Of a DNA stretch of 64,000 bases, positions 40,097-49,671 are shown piece after piece. The DNA is taken from the NCBI GenBank assembly GCA_963738405.1, contig CAVTWJ010000009.1, positions 256,001 through 320,000 on the forward strand. The letters run 5' to 3'. Under the pieces are notes generated by a model. The model did not search any database. It was given only the letters and a program-made list of their open reading frames with translations, and was not told where the DNA came from. The position numbers and the translations under genes are program-made. Position 1 is the stretch's first letter. Each line of letters starts with the position of its first letter. Source of the stretch: a candidate division FCPU426 bacterium. Lineage in GTDB: Bacteria > Oederibacteriota > Muellerivitia > Muellerivitales > Muellerivitaceae.

Positions 40097-40961
40097 AAAT
40101 ATCGGTCTGGGGACCCCAGATCCGGCTGTCGGTCGAGTTGAAAACCGCGAAGGTGCGAAGGCCGCAAGCGTTCGCCAGGTAGGTCACTCCGCTGTCATTG
40201 CCCAGGTAGGCCGAGCATTGGGTCAAAAGACAGGCCAAGTCCTTAAGGGGCAGGGGATTATCCAAAAGGGCGACGCCTTTCATTCCCTCGAAAGCCTTTT
40301 GAATTTTACTCATCCATTCCATTTCCGCCTCGCCCCAAATGACCAGAACCTGTTTCCCCGATTCCTCCACAGCCCTTTGGGCCGCCTTTTGAAAAAAGGA
40401 AAGGGGGGCGTTTTTCGCGGGGCTGCCACTGCCGGGGTGGATCACCAAGGGAGAGAAAAGCCTAAGAGCCTTTAAAAGTTCCTTTCCCTTTTCCAAGTGA
40501 TGGCTTTGAAAGATAAGTTTGGCTTGCGGGTGAGCTTGCCCTGGGATCAGGGGTTTTTGAAGGACGGTTTCGAGCCAATATTCCCCGGCCCACCTGGCGG
40601 AGGCGAGAAAATCCTCAAAAGATTGGGAGGGGAAAATCAACTGCCCATGGGTGGACTTTGATAACTTTTCAATTAGTTTTTGATCTTTCTCTTTGAAGAA
40701 AAGAAAAATCCGATCGAACGAAGATAAAAATTCCGTGTTATTTTTTGAGAGCGGTTCATCCTTATGCAGCGCTTGAAGCAAAGGGTCCAGGGGAATCGTT
40801 TGGCTGACGCCGAACAAATCCGCGCCGAGTGAAAGATAACTTGAAGTACCAGAGACTGTAACTGGTCCAAAACTTTCCAATTGCCTTAAGGCTGGAAGGG
40901 TCAAGAGGCTGTCGCCGAGGCTTCCGGCGGCGAGGACCAATTGGCGGGGATGGATGGCCAT
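40062..40961 (-). CDS. Glycosyltransferase family 9 (heptosyltransferase-like)
   Basis: GSLGDSLLTLPAL, IHPGSGSPAK, YLGNDSGVTYLA...TFAVF...WGP. Confidence 0.88.
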   Translation of the reverse strand: MAIHPRQLVLAAGSLGDSLLTLPALRQLESFGPVTVSGTSSYLSLGADLFGVSQTIPLDPLLQALHKDEPLSKNNTEFLSSFDRIFLFFKEKDQKLIEKLSKSTHGQLIFPSQSFEDFLASARWAGEYWLETVLQKPLIPGQAHPQAKLIFQSHHLEKGKELLKALRLFSPLVIHPGSGSPAKNAPLSFFQKAAQRAVEESGKQVLVIWGEAEMEWMSKIQKAFEGMKGVALLDNPLPLKDLACLLTQCSAYLGNDSGVTYLANACGLRTFAVFNSTDSRIWGPQTDIFILHWLKGNLG

Positions 40962-41034
40962 GCTTTGTATTATAAAGTCCTTAGCACAACAAAAAGCTTC
41001 CAAGTCGAGTTTGGAAATCTGGGAAATGAATCAA

Positions 41035-41073
41035 AAAGCGCTTCCAGGCCGCAAAAAATTGAAAGCGGTTTTT
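41035..41073. promoter_or_regulatory. Two LacI-type operator-like sites before the GH5 gene
   Basis: AAAGCGCTTC (41035) and TGAAAGCGGTTTT (41060), the latter identical over 13 nt to the site at 6489. Confidence 0.6.
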
Positions 41074-41187
41074 AATTTGGTGGTATCTTTCATTGTGTGG
41101 TATTAGTTTCAGGCCTGTAAACAGTTGAAATTCGACCCAGCAGCTGACTTTAAACACTGCCCCAATGAGCGCGGGAAGAGGATTTTC

Positions 41188-42795
41188 TTGAAATACAATT
41201 TATTCTTAAAGGCCTGTGCCTTTTGTCTTTTTGCCTCCGTTTCTTCCCTGAATCTTTTACAAGCCCAGTCCCTTCAACTTCACACCTCGGGAAATAAAAT
41301 CATCGATAGCAACGGATGCCAAATCCGTTTGAAGGGGGTGAATATCGCCAGCATGGAATATTCCAATACGGGTCAGGGACCCTATGGCCAGACCATTCAA
41401 CAGGCGGTCACTGAGGCTCTCTCGGTTTGGGGGGCAAACGTGATCCGTCTGCCGATGAATCAGGACCGCTGGTTCGGCTGCGAGGGCGCCACCTCGGCTT
41501 CCTACCAGGGAATCATCGATCAGATCGTTGGGATTTGCTCATACTATAACGCTTATGTTCTATTGGATCTTCACTGGTCCGGTATTCAAACGGGTGCCAC
41601 CGCGCCATGCGGGGCGGGCTGGGGAACCGACAGCGAAAGTAACAACGGCGGTCAACATCAGCAGTTCATGCCGGATGACAACAGCGTCACTTTCTGGTCC
41701 TCCATGGCTTCCCATTACGCCAACAACCCGACGGTTCTATTTGATCTTTATAACGAACCTTTCGATTATGCCGGTGATGGAGCCTCAGTCTGGCTCAGCG
41801 GAGGAACCTACACTGATCAGGCCGTCACCGGGTCCTCGCCTCAGACCCTGGTGAGCGTGACCTTTCATACCCCTGGAATGCAGCTGCTGCTAAACACGAT
41901 CCGGACGGCCGGAGCCAATAACGTTGTCGTGGCGGGGGGATTGGACTACGCCTATGACCTAACTTCGGTAGGCGGGACTTTGATGGATATGGCCGGGGGC
42001 CATGGGATTATTTATTCATGCCATGTCTATCCCTGGAAGGGAAGCAATCCCTGGTCGCCTTCCGATGGGGATAGCGCCACTGGTTCCACTGCGGCAAACA
42101 ATCCAGTGATGATTGCCGAGTTCGGGCAAAACTCCAGCGTTTCCAACTACATCCCCAACCCGGATACCAATGGAACTTGGGATCAAACTCTTCTCAAATG
42201 GATTAATGGAAATACCGGCAACGTATTGGGCGACGGCAGTAACCCGACCCATTATCAATATTCCGCGACGGCCTGGGATATGAATACCTCCCCCGCGCTG
42301 GTTACGGATTCCAGTTATGACGCTACCACCTATCACGGGGTGCCCGTGAAAAACTGGTTGGCTACACCTATCATTCCCATTTGCCCCGCGACGTCTACTC
42401 CTACCCCGCTTCCCTGTAATTATCCCGGGCCGACCTGCACCTCCACGGTGACTTTCACCCCTACCGTCACCTTCACGCCGACCGCCACTCCCGGCATCGT
42501 GGATGTGGCCTTTCCCAACCCCTGGCCCAATAAAGACAACCCCAACGCGCCGCTCCAGTTCTACTACAACAACAGTCAACAAGAGGGCCAGGTCTCGCTG
42601 AAAATTTACACCCTGGCTTACCGGAAAGTTTTTGAGGATGACGCTTTGGTTACGGCTCCAGGTGGTTACCCTTATGTCGTGGATTGGACGAAACTCCATG
42701 GGGTCTTAGCCAACGGACTTTACTATTTCGCGATTGAAACAACAAATGGTAAAAAGTCGGACCGAAAGATTATGAAGATTCTGATTCTTCGTTAA
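41188..42795 (+). CDS. Secreted GH5 glycoside hydrolase (cellulase-like) with Thr/Pro linker and C-terminal sorting-like domain
   Basis: LHTSGNKIID, ANVIRLP, LDLH, FDLYNEP (acid/base Glu), HVYP, IAEFG (nucleophile); C-terminal FPNP...AYRK...NGLYY...KILILR. Start uncertain (41125-41188). Confidence 0.88.
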   Translation: MKYNLFLKACAFCLFASVSSLNLLQAQSLQLHTSGNKIIDSNGCQIRLKGVNIASMEYSNTGQGPYGQTIQQAVTEALSVWGANVIRLPMNQDRWFGCEGATSASYQGIIDQIVGICSYYNAYVLLDLHWSGIQTGATAPCGAGWGTDSESNNGGQHQQFMPDDNSVTFWSSMASHYANNPTVLFDLYNEPFDYAGDGASVWLSGGTYTDQAVTGSSPQTLVSVTFHTPGMQLLLNTIRTAGANNVVVAGGLDYAYDLTSVGGTLMDMAGGHGIIYSCHVYPWKGSNPWSPSDGDSATGSTAANNPVMIAEFGQNSSVSNYIPNPDTNGTWDQTLLKWINGNTGNVLGDGSNPTHYQYSATAWDMNTSPALVTDSSYDATTYHGVPVKNWLATPIIPICPATSTPTPLPCNYPGPTCTSTVTFTPTVTFTPTATPGIVDVAFPNPWPNKDNPNAPLQFYYNNSQQEGQVSLKIYTLAYRKVFEDDALVTAPGGYPYVVDWTKLHGVLANGLYYFAIETTNGKKSDRKIMKILILR

Positions 42796-42876
42796 CGGCG
42801 CGAGCTCCGAAAATTTTCAGAAAAACGGAATGGGCTTAAGTAGTTGGCGCACCAAACAAAAACATAAAAACAATTT

Positions 42877-42938
42877 AGCCACAGATGCACAAGATGCATT
42901 GGATGAAGGCTAAAAACAAATCCCATTTATCTGTGGCT
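42877..42938. repeat. CACAGATG-unit intergenic palindrome
   Basis: AGCCACAGATGCACAAGATGCATTGGATG ... ATCTGTGGCT. Confidence 0.65.
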
Positions 42939-42998
42939 TAAAAACCCCTTGCGGGGGTTCAGTTTAAAATCCGTCGCAATTTGTAAATAATTTTGGAC

Positions 42999-43011
42999 AA
43001 AGCGCTTTCAT
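42999..43011. promoter_or_regulatory. LacI-type operator-like site before the second GH gene
   Basis: AAAGCGCTTTCAT with a perfect palindromic core AAAGCGCTTT. Confidence 0.6.
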
Positions 43012-43148
43012 GGCGGGTCGATTTCGTGGGATGAGGCGCATTTCCTTGGGTTTTTAACCGCTTTTATGGCATGCTTTCTGCACGTTTAACCTATCAGACC
43101 TAAAGAGCCGAAACCCATTCGGCTCTTTTCATTTTCGAGGGAACCTTA

Positions 43149-46130
43149 ATGGTGTTGAAACTCAAGCGAACCATCCTGTTTCTGGCCGTCTCCTTCGCCC
43201 TGGTTTTGGGCGGGGCGGGGCATTCCATCGCCCAAACCCTTCCGGCTACCATCACGGTGAATGCGGCCTCGACCATCACCTCTTTCGCGCCCTTGAGCAT
43301 GTTCGGCAACAATACCGCCTATTGGGTCAGCCAGACCAATAATTACGCGGTCAGCACCCTGGTGAACCAGTCGGGCGACGATTTTTTGCGTTATCCCGGC
43401 GGGTCCTCCTCTGACACCTACCATTGGAACAACACCGGGTCATTTGACGCCAACAACCATTGGGTCCCCAGCGGCACCACCTATACCTCGGGCTTTGACG
43501 CCAACCAACTCTATGTGGGAACTACCGGTTCCAACGGCAGCGCCGAGTTTCCCTATTCCTACATCACCGATGGAAACACCCTCACGCGCTGGCTTTCCAA
43601 CTCGGATACCAATTTTCCAACCCATCAATGGGCTCAGATTGACTTGACCGGAACCAACAGCACGGTCAATGTCAGCGCGGTCAGCATCATCTGGGGAAAT
43701 CCCTACGCCACTTCCTTTGAGGTTCAATACTGGAACGCGTCCAACACCGTCATCCCCTATCAGGTCAACAGCGAGTCAAGCTGGGTGGATTTCGCGGGGG
43801 GAAACATTACCGGAGCCGCGGGGGGAACCACCTCCATCACCTTCACGACGGCCCACGCCGCCCGCTACATCCGCATCCTGATGACCGCCAGTTCAGCGGG
43901 GGCAGGGGGAGCCTATTCGATCGCCGAGGCCTACGCCCTCAACGGGGCCAGCTTGATTGGAAGCAATACGAATTCGACCTCCCAAAACAAGGTGGTCGTA
44001 TCCAGCGTGGACCCTGCCTCCTCCAAGCGTTACCAAGCCTCTCCCCCAGGCTCGACCGATTTCACTTCTTTCATGAACTACGCGCATTCCTTTTCGCCCG
44101 TGGCCGTGCCCCTCATTACCGTCAACTTCGGGACGGGAACGCCCTCGGAAGCGGCCAGCTGGGTCTATTACGCCAACATGACAGCCCATCCCAATTACCC
44201 CTCCGGTTACGGCATTAAGTATTGGCAAATCGGTAATGAAATGGACGGCATCTGGGAATGCGGGGGACCAATCCGCGCGGACGATTACGCCTACCGTTTC
44301 ACCGAGTATTACAACGCCATGACCGCTGTGGACCCTTCCATTATTATCACGGGCCCTATTTCCGGAGGCCCAGGGGATTCCTCCAATGCCTATGACGGCA
44401 AAACCTTTATCCAAACTTTCCTTTTGGCCCTCAACACCCTCGGGGCGACCGCCGATCTGGGCGCTTTGGATTACCATTGGTACCCCTACTGGCAGGCTTC
44501 TAGCGCGGTGACCGAGCTCTCGATGCCTTCCCAGGTTTCCGCCTTCGCGGTCACCCTCGCCAACTGGGAGACGGCGGCAAGCGTCAGCACAACCCTCCCG
44601 GTCATCATGAGCGAATACAACATCAGCGCGGGTACGCCCCTGATGATGAATCAGCTTTCCACCGGCCTTTGGCTGGTGAATTGGCTGGGCGAGTTCATTC
44701 ATTACTTCGGGCCGGGCGGCCATACCAACCTTTGGGACACCATGAACGGCTCCACCGACACCACCAATAACACCACCGGCGACCAGGGCTATTTGCAGGT
44801 GGAATCGGGAACCTACCAGTACCAACAGCGGGCGAACTATTGGGCCATGCAAATGATGGCCACCGAGTGGGCCATCAACGGCGACTCCAATACCCACGAA
44901 CTGGTCTCGGCAGCCAGCTCCGCGGCGACCCTGGCCTGCTACGCCGATTACCGGCCGGACGGGATCGTGTCCCTAATCGTGGTGAACAAGGATGTCACTA
45001 ACAGCTATGCCACCAACCTCAATGTGGGCCCTTTTGTCCCCAATGCCACCGCCAATAGCTGGACCTTTGACAGCTCCCATTACGCCTGGGAAACCACCAC
45101 CTCCCCCTATCACGCCAGCCCGGACACGGCGCCCACGGCCGGGACGATCACCAATGCCGCTTCCTCTTTCCCCATCACCTTCGGGCCCTATTCCATCAAT
45201 GTCATCCAATTCACCAATTCGGGACTGCCTACTAATACCCAGACCCCCACCAAGACTGCCACTTCTAGCTTCACCGCGACCCCGACCAAAACCCCAACCA
45301 ATACCCCCACTCCCAGTAACACCCCCACTTTCTCGCCGACCCCCACGCCGAGCAACACTCCCACTGTCACTAACTCGCCCACCCCTTCCCCCACCCCCAC
45401 ATGGACTGGAACCCCGACTTCCTCCTTTACACCCACCAACACCGGCATGCCGACGGATACCTCCACCTCCTCCCCGACGGGGACGCCTACCGGGACCCCG
45501 ACTTCCTCCAGCACGCCTACCCCGACCCTCACCGACACTCCGACGGTCACCTCGACTCCTACCAATACCTCTTGCATGGACGGCTTTGGTAATACCTGCA
45601 CCTATACCGCAACATCCACAGCAACCTCCACCTCCACGGCTACCGGCACCCCTACCCCCACTTGGACCCTCACGTCTACCGGCACCCCAACCTGGACGGG
45701 GACGTCCACCTCCACCCCCACTTCCACGGCCACTTCGATTAATACATCCACTGGAACGCCGACTTCCACTGGTACGCCTACCCTTTCCCCGACGCCTACC
45801 CGAACCACCACCCCGACCTCGACGGTGAATGCCACCTCCACCCCGGTTCTCACCGGGATATTCCCCAACCCGGTTTTGGATGGATCACCCATCCGCGTCG
45901 CGTACAACACCGACCTGTCGGCCAGCCAGGTAGAACTAAAAATCTATTCGCTCGCCTTCCGGAAAATTTATGAGGATGACAAACTATCCACCGCTCCCGG
46001 GAGCCAGATCTACACACTCGATATGAACAAGTTAGGCCATATTTCCAACGGGCTTTATTACGTGGTGGTTTACGTTAATTACAGCGGGGCGGTGAACCGG
46101 CAGGTGATGAAGATGCTAATCCTGCGGTAA
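43149..46130 (+). CDS. Secreted clan GH-A glycoside hydrolase (GH44/51/79-like) with inserted F5/8 (CBM32) domain, long Thr/Pro linker and C-terminal sorting-like domain
   Basis: LRYPGGSSSD.YHW, WQIGNE, DYHWY, MSEYN; discoidin TDGN..TRW..QWAQIDL..ARYIRI..YSIAE; C-terminal FPNP..AFRK..NGLYY..KMLILR. Confidence 0.8.
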   Translation: MVLKLKRTILFLAVSFALVLGGAGHSIAQTLPATITVNAASTITSFAPLSMFGNNTAYWVSQTNNYAVSTLVNQSGDDFLRYPGGSSSDTYHWNNTGSFDANNHWVPSGTTYTSGFDANQLYVGTTGSNGSAEFPYSYITDGNTLTRWLSNSDTNFPTHQWAQIDLTGTNSTVNVSAVSIIWGNPYATSFEVQYWNASNTVIPYQVNSESSWVDFAGGNITGAAGGTTSITFTTAHAARYIRILMTASSAGAGGAYSIAEAYALNGASLIGSNTNSTSQNKVVVSSVDPASSKRYQASPPGSTDFTSFMNYAHSFSPVAVPLITVNFGTGTPSEAASWVYYANMTAHPNYPSGYGIKYWQIGNEMDGIWECGGPIRADDYAYRFTEYYNAMTAVDPSIIITGPISGGPGDSSNAYDGKTFIQTFLLALNTLGATADLGALDYHWYPYWQASSAVTELSMPSQVSAFAVTLANWETAASVSTTLPVIMSEYNISAGTPLMMNQLSTGLWLVNWLGEFIHYFGPGGHTNLWDTMNGSTDTTNNTTGDQGYLQVESGTYQYQQRANYWAMQMMATEWAINGDSNTHELVSAASSAATLACYADYRPDGIVSLIVVNKDVTNSYATNLNVGPFVPNATANSWTFDSSHYAWETTTSPYHASPDTAPTAGTITNAASSFPITFGPYSINVIQFTNSGLPTNTQTPTKTATSSFTATPTKTPTNTPTPSNTPTFSPTPTPSNTPTVTNSPTPSPTPTWTGTPTSSFTPTNTGMPTDTSTSSPTGTPTGTPTSSSTPTPTLTDTPTVTSTPTNTSCMDGFGNTCTYTATSTATSTSTATGTPTPTWTLTSTGTPTWTGTSTSTPTSTATSINTSTGTPTSTGTPTLSPTPTRTTTPTSTVNATSTPVLTGIFPNPVLDGSPIRVAYNTDLSASQVELKIYSLAFRKIYEDDKLSTAPGSQIYTLDMNKLGHISNGLYYVVVYVNYSGAVNRQVMKMLILR

Positions 46131-46266
46131 AGTCTTACCCAAAACCTTCTTTTCCTTAAAAACGACACTCTCCCCGGCTCCACCCGTCTAATCCAAGCTT
46201 CCTTAGCCCTCGAAAATGGTAAGCTTTGAGGGAATACCTCATTTTTATCCGATATCAAAGGTCTCC

Positions 46267-49200
46267 ATGCCGACCCGCGCGTCCAACCGACATTTTCTTC
46301 GAGCCGCACTTTCGGGGTTTGCCCTTGGGGCTGCCCTTCTGCCCGCAATCCTCCCGGCCCAAACGGCGCCGGTCACCCTCACCCTCAACGCCGCATCCAC
46401 CCTCACCTCCTTTTACCCCATCAGCATCTTCGGCAATAACACCGCCTATTGGATCCACAAGTCGGACAATATGAACACCCAGCCCCTGGTTCAGGCGGCC
46501 GGAAACTTCTTTTTGCGGTATCCGGGCGGCTCCTCCTCGGATGATTACCATTGGAATGGGACCGGAACCTTCAACCCTGGAACCACCCCCGGTTCCAGCT
46601 ATTGGACGCCCGATAACACCACCTATACGCCCGGGTTCGTGGGATACGAAACCTACCGGGGAACCACCTCTTCCTATGGAACACCTTCCCAGGTGACGGA
46701 CGGAAATACCTCCACCGCCTGGGTTTCCAACGCCGATACCAATCTTCCCAATCACCAGTGGGTGGAACTCGATTTGACTGGCAGCGCGGGCGCTGGTTTT
46801 CCCGCGAACGCCGTTACCCAAATAAATGCCGTGACTATCATTTGGGGCACGCCTTCCGCGGCGACGTTTCAAGTTCAATATTGGAATGGTCAGAATTGGT
46901 ATCCTGAACCCTATATGCGCTCCCCCGAATATGGGGCGTCTGGTTGGGCGACCGTTTCAGCCGGGACATTAACCGGGAGTGGGGATGGAACCACCCAGGG
47001 TGTTACCTTCAACACCGTTTCAGCTGAAAATGTACGTATTCTTTTAACTTCCAGCACCGCGGGGGCGGGCGGGGCCTATTCCATCGCCGAACTTTACGTC
47101 AATGGGCCCTCGGGCCAGGTGAGCAAAAACACCGCCGCCAACACGAACAATTCGCCCAACCAGACCTGGGTGGTGGCTTCCTCCACCGACCCTTCCGGTA
47201 CCTTCAACAACAGCCCCGACTTCAATTTCGAGGATTATATGTCTTATGTTCACTCCTTCTCCCCAACCGCCATCCCCCTCATCACCGTCAACTTCGGCAC
47301 CGGCACCGCCCAGGAAGCCGCGGCCTGGGTGCATTACGCCAATGGGGTGAAGGGCTACGGCATCAAGTACTGGCAAATCGGCAACGAAACCGAGGGGGCC
47401 TGGGAAACGGGCGGGCCCATCAACACCCAGGATTACGTGAAGCGGTATATCGAGTATTTCGACGCGATGAGGGCGGAAGATTCCTCCATCATCATCACCG
47501 GTCCCGTCTCGGGGAGCTTTCTCGATTCCTCGAACAATTATGATTACAACAGCGCGGTCCAGGACTTCATCGCCATGGCCGCCGCCGCCGGGGTCAGCCT
47601 CCACGGAAACGCCAATTACTATGTGGACGCGATTGATTACCACTGGTATCCCAACTATGGCTCCTACCCGGCCGCCCAAGCTTTGACCAGCACGGGCTCG
47701 CTGGATTCCTATCCCGTTTCCATCAATAACTGGCTGACCACGGCCGGGGTGAATACCAACATTCCGGTCCTCATGAGTGAGTTCAACTCGGACCCCTCCG
47801 ATTACAATTTTCAGGTGGGTTTAGGGGATGGTCTTTGGGTGGCGGACGCCTTGGGCCATTTCATTAAAGCCTTCGGGCCGAGGGGTTTTTGCAACCTGTG
47901 GGACGTGTTGAACGGCGGTTCCGGAACCACCAACGCCTCGGGCGGGGACCTGGGCTACCTCAACGTGGCCAACGACGGCCACCAGTACCAGCCGCGCGCC
48001 ACCTATTGGGCCATGAAGATGATGACCAACGATTGGGCCATCCCGGGCGACGCCAACAGCCACCAACTGGTTCAAACCTCCACCAACAGCGAGCCCAATA
48101 CCCTCTTGGCCGCCTATTCGGATTACCGGCCTGACGGCGTGCTGTCCCTGGCGGTCGTGAACAAGGACCCGGTGACGGTGTTTGACGCGGTGGTGAGCGT
48201 GGGGCCTTTTGCGGCCAACAACACGGCCAACGGCTGGACCTTTAATTCCACCAACTATCAATGGGTCAATACAGGCGCGACCCCCTATCATGCCTCGCCT
48301 GATACGGCCCCTACCGCCTTCACCGCCTCAGGGTCGGGCGGCGCCTTCCCGGTGACCTTCCAGCCCTATTCGATCACGGTCTTGCAGTTCACCAACTCCG
48401 GGCTGCCCACCAATACCCCCACCGTGACCTTCACGGTCACCTCCACCCCGACCTCCACCCCCACGCCCAACTATGGGCCCCTGACATTGGTTGATAATTT
48501 CGAGGACCTGACACGGGACGGAGTCGCGCCCGCCCGAACCGACCTTTGGAACGGCACCTGGACGATCTCCGCGGCGGCCAACAGCGGCATCACGGTGCAA
48601 TATGGTGTTTCCCCTGGCGCGGCGGGCACGAACCACGCAGTCAGCCTCCACGGCAACATCGGGACGGCGGGCGGAAACGGCTGGTCCAATTACACGGGGC
48701 CCCTCAGCCAGTGGCCCCTCACGGCTTACAATTTGAGTGGTTCAGGGATCGTCGGTCTGGAGTTTTGGTTCTACGGCGATGGGGCCACCTACCGGGTCAC
48801 CGTGCCCAGCCAGGCTGTGACCGATTACGATTATTACGGCTACCAGATCACCCCGAAGGCGGGGCAATGGACCTTTTACCAGATTCCCTTTTCGATGATG
48901 GCAAGACAGGGATGGGGAGCGCAGACGGGCCTCCCGGCTAATTTTCCCGGCACCGACGCCACTGAAATCCAATTCTCAACCCAAGCCACGGGGGCTTTCA
49001 GCTATCAGATTGACGAGATCGGCTTTTACTCCGCCTCGGGGTTTTCTCCCACCCTGACCCCCACGGCGACTTGGACCAAAACCGCCACCCCGTCCGGAAC
49101 CCCTACCCCCACCATCACCCTCTCCCCCACGCCCACCCAAACGCCTATTTTTACCAACACCGATACCGCCACGCCTTCCTCAACCCCAACCCTTACGCCC

Positions 49201-49599
49201 ATTCCCACATTGACCCCGACCCCTACGCCCACCCCCACGGCTTCTCCCACTTTTACTTCCACCCCAACCTATACCCTTTCCCCCACCATCACCCTGACTC
49301 CAACCGCGACGATCACAAACTTTTATGTTGTTTATCCCAACCCTAGCGACGGGCAAACGCCCTTGAAAGCGGCCTACTCCACCACCCAACCCACGGATCA
49401 GATACGGGCCAAACTTTATTCAGTGGCTTACCGCAAAATTTATGAAAACGATGGCCTGGACCCTTCCCAGGGCGTCCATGTGGCGGTTTTGGATGTGAGC
49501 GGGGCCAAGTTATCCAACGGGCTCTATTACCTGGTGCTGGAATGGAAATCGGGCAGCCAAATCACCCGTCAAATCATGAAAGTCCTTATTCTTAGGTAG
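46267..49599 (+). CDS. Paralogous clan GH-A hydrolase with inserted F5/8 domain, extra CBM11/CIA30-like domain, Thr/Pro linkers and C-terminal sorting-like domain
   Basis: Same motifs as 43149 (LRYPGGSSSDDYHW, WQIGNE, MSEFN); LVDNFED...GLEFWFYGDG...WTFYQIPFS...IDEIGFY; ends KVLILR. Confidence 0.8.
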   Translation: MPTRASNRHFLRAALSGFALGAALLPAILPAQTAPVTLTLNAASTLTSFYPISIFGNNTAYWIHKSDNMNTQPLVQAAGNFFLRYPGGSSSDDYHWNGTGTFNPGTTPGSSYWTPDNTTYTPGFVGYETYRGTTSSYGTPSQVTDGNTSTAWVSNADTNLPNHQWVELDLTGSAGAGFPANAVTQINAVTIIWGTPSAATFQVQYWNGQNWYPEPYMRSPEYGASGWATVSAGTLTGSGDGTTQGVTFNTVSAENVRILLTSSTAGAGGAYSIAELYVNGPSGQVSKNTAANTNNSPNQTWVVASSTDPSGTFNNSPDFNFEDYMSYVHSFSPTAIPLITVNFGTGTAQEAAAWVHYANGVKGYGIKYWQIGNETEGAWETGGPINTQDYVKRYIEYFDAMRAEDSSIIITGPVSGSFLDSSNNYDYNSAVQDFIAMAAAAGVSLHGNANYYVDAIDYHWYPNYGSYPAAQALTSTGSLDSYPVSINNWLTTAGVNTNIPVLMSEFNSDPSDYNFQVGLGDGLWVADALGHFIKAFGPRGFCNLWDVLNGGSGTTNASGGDLGYLNVANDGHQYQPRATYWAMKMMTNDWAIPGDANSHQLVQTSTNSEPNTLLAAYSDYRPDGVLSLAVVNKDPVTVFDAVVSVGPFAANNTANGWTFNSTNYQWVNTGATPYHASPDTAPTAFTASGSGGAFPVTFQPYSITVLQFTNSGLPTNTPTVTFTVTSTPTSTPTPNYGPLTLVDNFEDLTRDGVAPARTDLWNGTWTISAAANSGITVQYGVSPGAAGTNHAVSLHGNIGTAGGNGWSNYTGPLSQWPLTAYNLSGSGIVGLEFWFYGDGATYRVTVPSQAVTDYDYYGYQITPKAGQWTFYQIPFSMMARQGWGAQTGLPANFPGTDATEIQFSTQATGAFSYQIDEIGFYSASGFSPTLTPTATWTKTATPSGTPTPTITLSPTPTQTPIFTNTDTATPSSTPTLTPIPTLTPTPTPTPTASPTFTSTPTYTLSPTITLTPTATITNFYVVYPNPSDGQTPLKAAYSTTQPTDQIRAKLYSVAYRKIYENDGLDPSQGVHVAVLDVSGAKLSNGLYYLVLEWKSGSQITRQIMKVLILR

Positions 49600-49671
49600 G
49601 TTCCGCCGCCTGGCGCTTCTTGAAACCAATTCTCAACAAGTTTAAGATGCCTTCCTGAAAGGGGAGTTCCC

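Noticed and set aside
45230..45850. Highly repetitive ACC/CCC-rich tract considered as a CRISPR array or DNA tandem repeat
   Set aside because: No fixed repeat-spacer units; fully explained by Thr/Pro codons. The same applies to 21010-21410 and 49040-49320.
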